A stretch of 63,685 bases of DNA, filler included, from Octopus bimaculoides (taxonomy: Eukaryota): assembly GCF_001194135.2 (NCBI RefSeq). It is 7 parts of 7 records of this genome, joined end to end, with 100 filler letters (N's around TTAATTAATTAA, not from the genome) between each part and the next. Parts side by side here need not be neighbours in the genome. Positions count along the whole stretch, not along the records: positions 51,114 to 63,685 come from NC_068993.1; 6 more parts are not named here. One strand, 5' to 3'. The translations under genes and the position numbers were made by a program. The notes beneath the pieces were generated by a model. The model saw nothing but the letters and a program-made list of their open reading frames with translations, had not been told where the DNA came from and searched no databases. Every line of letters begins with the position of its first letter. Within the stretch, counting starts at the first letter, position 1. Below, in pieces: positions 61,363-63,685 of the stretch.

Positions 61363-62868
61363 TATACATATATAAATAAATATATATATGTGTGTGTGTG
61401 TGTGTAATATATATGCACAAACACACACACATGCTCTTGTGTGTGATTATATATATATCTACATGTGTATGTATACATACATGCATATTATTGCGTATCT
61501 CCCCATGTGTGCATATATATGTGTGTGTATTCCATATCCTTTTCCGCTTTTTAAAAATTATGTCATCGTGCAGTCATCGCTTTCATGTTTCCTTATTAAA
61601 TTTTCAATTATTTTATTGTTCAGTAACTTAAGAAGAAGCAACAGGAAGACAAACGTTAAATGCGACATGGTTTCTTTCCTTTTTTTTAAGATGCTTGCCT
61701 TTCACTTACACTATTAAATGACCTTGGGAAAAAAAAAAATATAGATGTGAACTTCCAAGTTTCGTTCCTACACAGCTCTCCTGCTAGTATAAGGCTAATA
61801 ATGTGTGTATACACTCGACATATATAAACAGTCATATATCAGTGTACCCGTTTTTAAAATCATTACTGTAATGCGGATGTTACGAGGAAACTTCCTCGCT
61901 AGACTTCTATTAAATAGTAGCCAAATTTACCTCAGATTTCACCCTGCTGTTTTAAATAGATATGTTGCAGATTGTTGATTCTGTAATGCAGCATAAAGAC
62001 GAGTTGGTCACAGTTTGCCTGCTTTTGGTCGTACGTCAGCTTGATCAGCTTGACTAAGGTTGATTTGGACCTAATCAACAACACTATCATAAGCAACATT
62101 GAGGACACATTAAATATCATTCTAGGTATGCTAAAGCTGAGAAAAAGACCAAATGACCATGGACAAATTTTTTTTGATTTTATGCCAGCTGGATCAGATC
62201 TAAACTGCGGCTACACAACGAAACCAAACAGAAACACGATGTCCACATATAGATGCATATTAAATACAAATTTGCTGAGTCTAAGATTCGGCTCTAATAT
62301 ACTCTTAAATGTATTTCATTTTGTGGGTGTTATGGACTATCGATAGTGACTTTCGTGATCACTGCAATTCATAGACATTAAATAATATGTATGGGAGAAA
62401 AAGAAGGAATTGCTGTGATGTCTTTGAATGCAGATATCATCTGTCCGAGCTGATATTGAATTATACAGCAACGTGGTGACAATAAAGCACGTAGACCGGT
62501 GCTTGGCCTGTTAAAAAGAGTAGCACTAATTCTCTAAGTTCACATCTTACATATTTTTTTTCTTTTTAAAGGACAATGCATTGAACTATGTGGTCTTAGA
62601 CATCTTCATTCCTTGTGACACCAGTATGACGAATGATCTCTAAGGTTTTCTCTGACATGTCTCATGTATCAGGTTGTCAGATAAACACGTTCAGTTTTTT
62701 CCCCATATATTTTAACCCGTAGTTTTTTTCTTTTTATGAACAGATTTAACAATACATCCAACACAATATTAAGAAGGAAATACAGATAAATAGAGAAAAG
62801 GATAGCAAATCATTTTTGTACCTTTTAGTCGCGAACAGTCCAAGTAGAAGTGAAGCTCTGAGCAGACA

Positions 62869-62937
62869 ATCAGATATTGTCCCCACATCAGATATTGTCC
62901 CCACATCAGATATTGTCCCCACATCAGATATTGTGCC
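62869..62937 (+). repeat. 18-bp minisatellite (ATCAGATATTGTCCCCAC), about 4 units
   Basis: Seen directly. Confidence 0.93.
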
Positions 62938-63271
62938 TAAGTTGGTGTAGTAGTAACTCTCCGGGTCCCAGCTATGGGTTAGTCATCAAAGGTTAATTAT
63001 TATGCCTGGAAGTAGATCGCTCGCAGACACCCCCAAAGGTAGAAGAACTGTTGAGATATTTCAACTGTTTCAGGAGAAAATCCTGTATCCCTTTGTAATT
63101 ACTGGTATCGTACACTTGTTGCACCAAACCAATACACCTTTGAATGACAAAGGAGTGGAACTGGCGAACACAAATCATGTCCGCCGTTCTAATCACTATA
63201 ATCATGTTTACCCCCAATACAGCTCTTTGGCTGAGTCTTGGGAAACCCTCATTCAAACAGAGAGTCTACTA

Positions 63272-63385
<114 letters not shown>

Positions 63386-63685
63386 TGAGTGTATACATAC
63401 GTACATGCATGCATATATATACATACGTATAAGTGAGTGCGTGCGTGTGTGCGTGTGTGAGTGTGCATGTGTCTTTTGTGTGTGCCAGAATATTACGATA
63501 TACATGAATAAATATGTGTTCGGTGCGAAGGTCTGTCTTTATATGCATATATGTAGCTTTCTGTATCTATGCTTGATATCTGAGAATCACTTCTGAAAGC
63601 ATATGTTGACAGAAATTTTAAAAAGAAAACAATGCGATTATATATAATTATTCATGGATAAGTATACGTATGCCAACATATATAT

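Noticed and set aside
61932-62120. Minus ORF with a hydrophobic start and faint similarity to the nAChR N-terminus
   Set aside because: It lacks the conserved RP motif, ends in a stop before any good donor, and its 3' end is the family F repeat terminus.
61987-62346. Plus open frame of about 120 codons
   Set aside because: No recognisable domain, start context or acceptor; compatible with chance.

Overview
This is AT-rich eukaryotic genomic DNA, very dense in microsatellites, with many N gaps. The repeat families and the cationic Cys-loop exon point to an octopus draft assembly (inference, not verified). Most of the window is intron or intergenic sequence filled with tRNA-derived SINEs, LINE relics and DNA-transposon relics. 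Almost all ORFs in the supplied track are microsatellite or gap artefacts. Three coding exons are well supported, all on the minus strand. Two are consecutive EFR3 exons (32049-31914 and 31356-31228). The third is a 548-bp exon (36775-36228) of an alpha9/10-like nicotinic acetylcholine receptor subunit that keeps the vicinal loop-C cysteines but has lost Y190, Y198 and D200. The arrangement implies same-strand nesting or interleaving of the two genes, or a mis-join at an unsized gap. A candidate divergent promoter near 21 kb has possible small plus-strand exons. The most distinctive non-coding signal is a set of at least four different minimal type-I hammerhead-ribozyme-like motifs with palindromic or near-palindromic stem III, plus several decayed ones, as expected for Penelope-like retroelements. 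A hAT transposase relic at 48.6-51.0 kb carries two nested insertions, and removing the mariner with one TA restores the local transposase frame. There is no CRISPR array, rRNA or convincing tRNA gene. All family assignments come from recalled motifs, not database searches.
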